DNA of 21,426 nucleotides from assembly GCF_006345805.1 (NCBI RefSeq), contig NW_021823697.1, positions 1 through 21,426 of the forward strand, read 5' to 3'. This DNA is from Octopus sinensis. Its lineage: Eukaryota. Each line of letters begins with the position of its first letter. Positions within the stretch are counted from its first letter, which is position 1. The notes beneath the pieces were generated by a model. The model searched no databases. It was not told the DNA's origin and worked only from the letters and a program-made list of their open reading frames with translations. This document shows positions 19,478-21,426 of the stretch, piece after piece. The translations under genes were made by a program, and so were the position numbers.

Positions 19478-19597
19478 GTGCAGACGTGGCTGTCGTAGTA
19501 AGAAGCTTAAAAATAAGTCCTGGGGCCGATTTGTTTGACCAAAAGCAGTGCTCCAGCATGGCTGCATTCAAATGAAAAAATAAAAGAATAAAAGAAT
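19478..19597 (+). mobile_element. Internally deleted family B-like copy (head fused to tail)
   Basis: CAGACGTGGCTGTCGTAGTAAGAAGCTT joined directly to AATAAGTCCTGGGG...GCTCCAGCATGGCTGCA...(AAAAGAAT)n. Confidence 0.7.
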
Positions 19598-19864
19598 CAC
19601 ATGGAACGGAAACCCCCATCACTTCTCTCTCCCCATTACCACCTTCTACCATCATCTGCCCCTAATTGTGGCTTCTTCAGTTCTTCCTCCAATATTTTGC
19701 CATCATTCTGTTCTGCTTGCAGACAATCTATTTCCCAAAGTGGACATTGTGTCTTCTTCCACAGAAATATTTCTGTCTATAAATAACTTCTTCAGCAATC
19801 AATGTTTAGGAAATTCTACAATTGGAATATCGGTCACAATTGATGTTTGCCGCTCCGTAACTCC

Positions 19865-20379
19865 ACCACCACACACCACGCATAGCGCGCGCACGCACAC
19901 CACACACAGGCACACACCACAGCACACACACAAACACACACCACCACTCACAGACACACACACACACACACACACACCACACACACACACACACACTCAC
20001 ACACTCACAACACACACACACAAAACACACCACACACACAACAACAAACACACCACACAAACACAACACACACTCACAGACACACACCACGTCACAAAAC
20101 ACACCACACACACAAACATACACACACACAAACAGACACACACAAACAATACACACACACACACAAACACACACAACACACAACACACACACACAAACAC
20201 ACAACACACTCACAGACACACACACCCGCATAAACACATAAACACACACACACAACATAACATACACACACAACATACACACACACACAACAACACATAC
20301 GCACAAACACACGCACAAACATACACACACACGTGTGCACACACACAAACACACACACTCTCTCTCTCTCTTTCTCTCT
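19865..20379. repeat. Degenerate (CA)n region ending in (CT)n
   Basis: Direct reading. Confidence 0.93.
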
Positions 20380-20398
20380 CGCACTCGCACATCTTTTG

Positions 20399-20726
20399 AT
20401 GTTGTTGTTGTTGTTGTTACTCTGTATCATTCTCATCCTCTTCCTCCTCATTTTTCATCTTTGCTTTGTTCTTGTTCATCTTTTTTCTTCATCTTCACTT
20501 TTGTCTTGTCATTGTCCTCCTCCTCCTCCCATTCCTATCCTTCTCCTCTAGATCCTCCCTCTTTCTCCTTCTTCCTCCTTCTCCTCCCCTCTTCTTCTTC
20601 TCCTACTCCTTCTTCATCTTCCTCTTCTTCATCATCTTCATCATCATCATCATCATCATCTTCTTCATCTTCTTCTTCTTCTTCTTCTTCTTCTTCTTCT
20701 TCTTCTTCTTCTTCTTCTTCTTCTTT
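20399..20726. repeat. Compound (GTT)/(CTC)/(CAT)/(TCT)n polypyrimidine region; pure (TCT)19 at 20668-20724
   Basis: Direct reading. Confidence 0.93.
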
Positions 20727-21043
20727 AAATTTGACGTCTTTGATTATGTTTGTCCAGTTGGTGTCTTATGTATTCCATCTTTGCCGTTTTATGTTGGCTT
20801 CTCATCTGTTGTTTCTGCTAGCAATGATGTCCAACAACAACAACAAGAACAGTGATCAGTGAACAGAGGAAACTCTTTGGTTGCTTGTCCTGCTAAACAT
20901 AGCAGTTAAAATCCTCAAAATCATGCCTTACAAATTTAAAACAGGAAGGACATATTGGACAATTTAGTGCTAGATGGATGACTGAGGCTGGAATAATTTG
21001 ATCATAGGTCCACATGTTCAGGGGTGATTTAGAGAGCTAAATA

Positions 21044-21104
<61 letters not shown>

Positions 21105-21119
21105 TACTACCACCACCAC
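21044..21119. repeat. (CTA)n microsatellite ending in (CCA)n
   Basis: Direct reading. Confidence 0.95.
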
Positions 21120-21164
21120 TTGATAACCTATGTCATTAATATCTCTTCATTAAATAATGTTACC

Positions 21165-21330
21165 TCACCCTACTTATAATCCCTAATCTTTATTTTGACC
21201 CTAACGTTTACCATAAACTCCAGTTTTTACCCTAATTGTTACTCCAACCCTAATCCAAAGCCTTAACCGGACTCTAATACTGACATTTGTACCAATCCCC
21301 TTGCTTTGACATTTAACCTTATTCTAACCT
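21165..21330. repeat. Degenerate (CCCTAA)n telomere-like tract
   Basis: CCCTAA at 21181, 21199, 21230, 21248; variants at 21261, 21272, 21324. Confidence 0.55.
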
Positions 21331-21426
21331 TGTAATCAATATCAAACTGTACTAAATCATGAATTCACAAAAACTTTGTCATCCAAGCATCATAGACACT
21401 GAACAATAAGGAACCTCTATGAGGTT

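Noticed and set aside
19668-20862. Long HT-rich and poly-Ser/Phe ORFs
   Set aside because: Derived from CA and TCT repeats.

Overview
AT-rich, microsatellite-dense eukaryotic DNA, most likely from an octopus (inferred from SINE families resembling the octopus OK/OR-type and RTE-tailed repeats; not database-confirmed). No host protein-coding exon can be supported: nearly all listed ORFs are translations of simple repeats or SINE fragments. The window is a transposon mosaic: tRNA-derived SINEs (including 2- and 3-unit concatemers with 16-bp TSDs), RTE-type tails, two piggyBac-type MITEs, and a Helitron-like element carrying two nested hAT-type inserts. The most notable theme is Penelope-like/hammerhead ribozyme (HHR) sequence: (i) a fold-back element at 513-986 joining a Pol III tRNA-like promoter to an HHR tail, (ii) a decayed Penelope GIY-YIG endonuclease ORF (14489-15454) followed by a near-intact type I HHR (15852-15910), and (iii) tandem HHR-like cores with ~80-nt period on the minus strand at 5531-5700.
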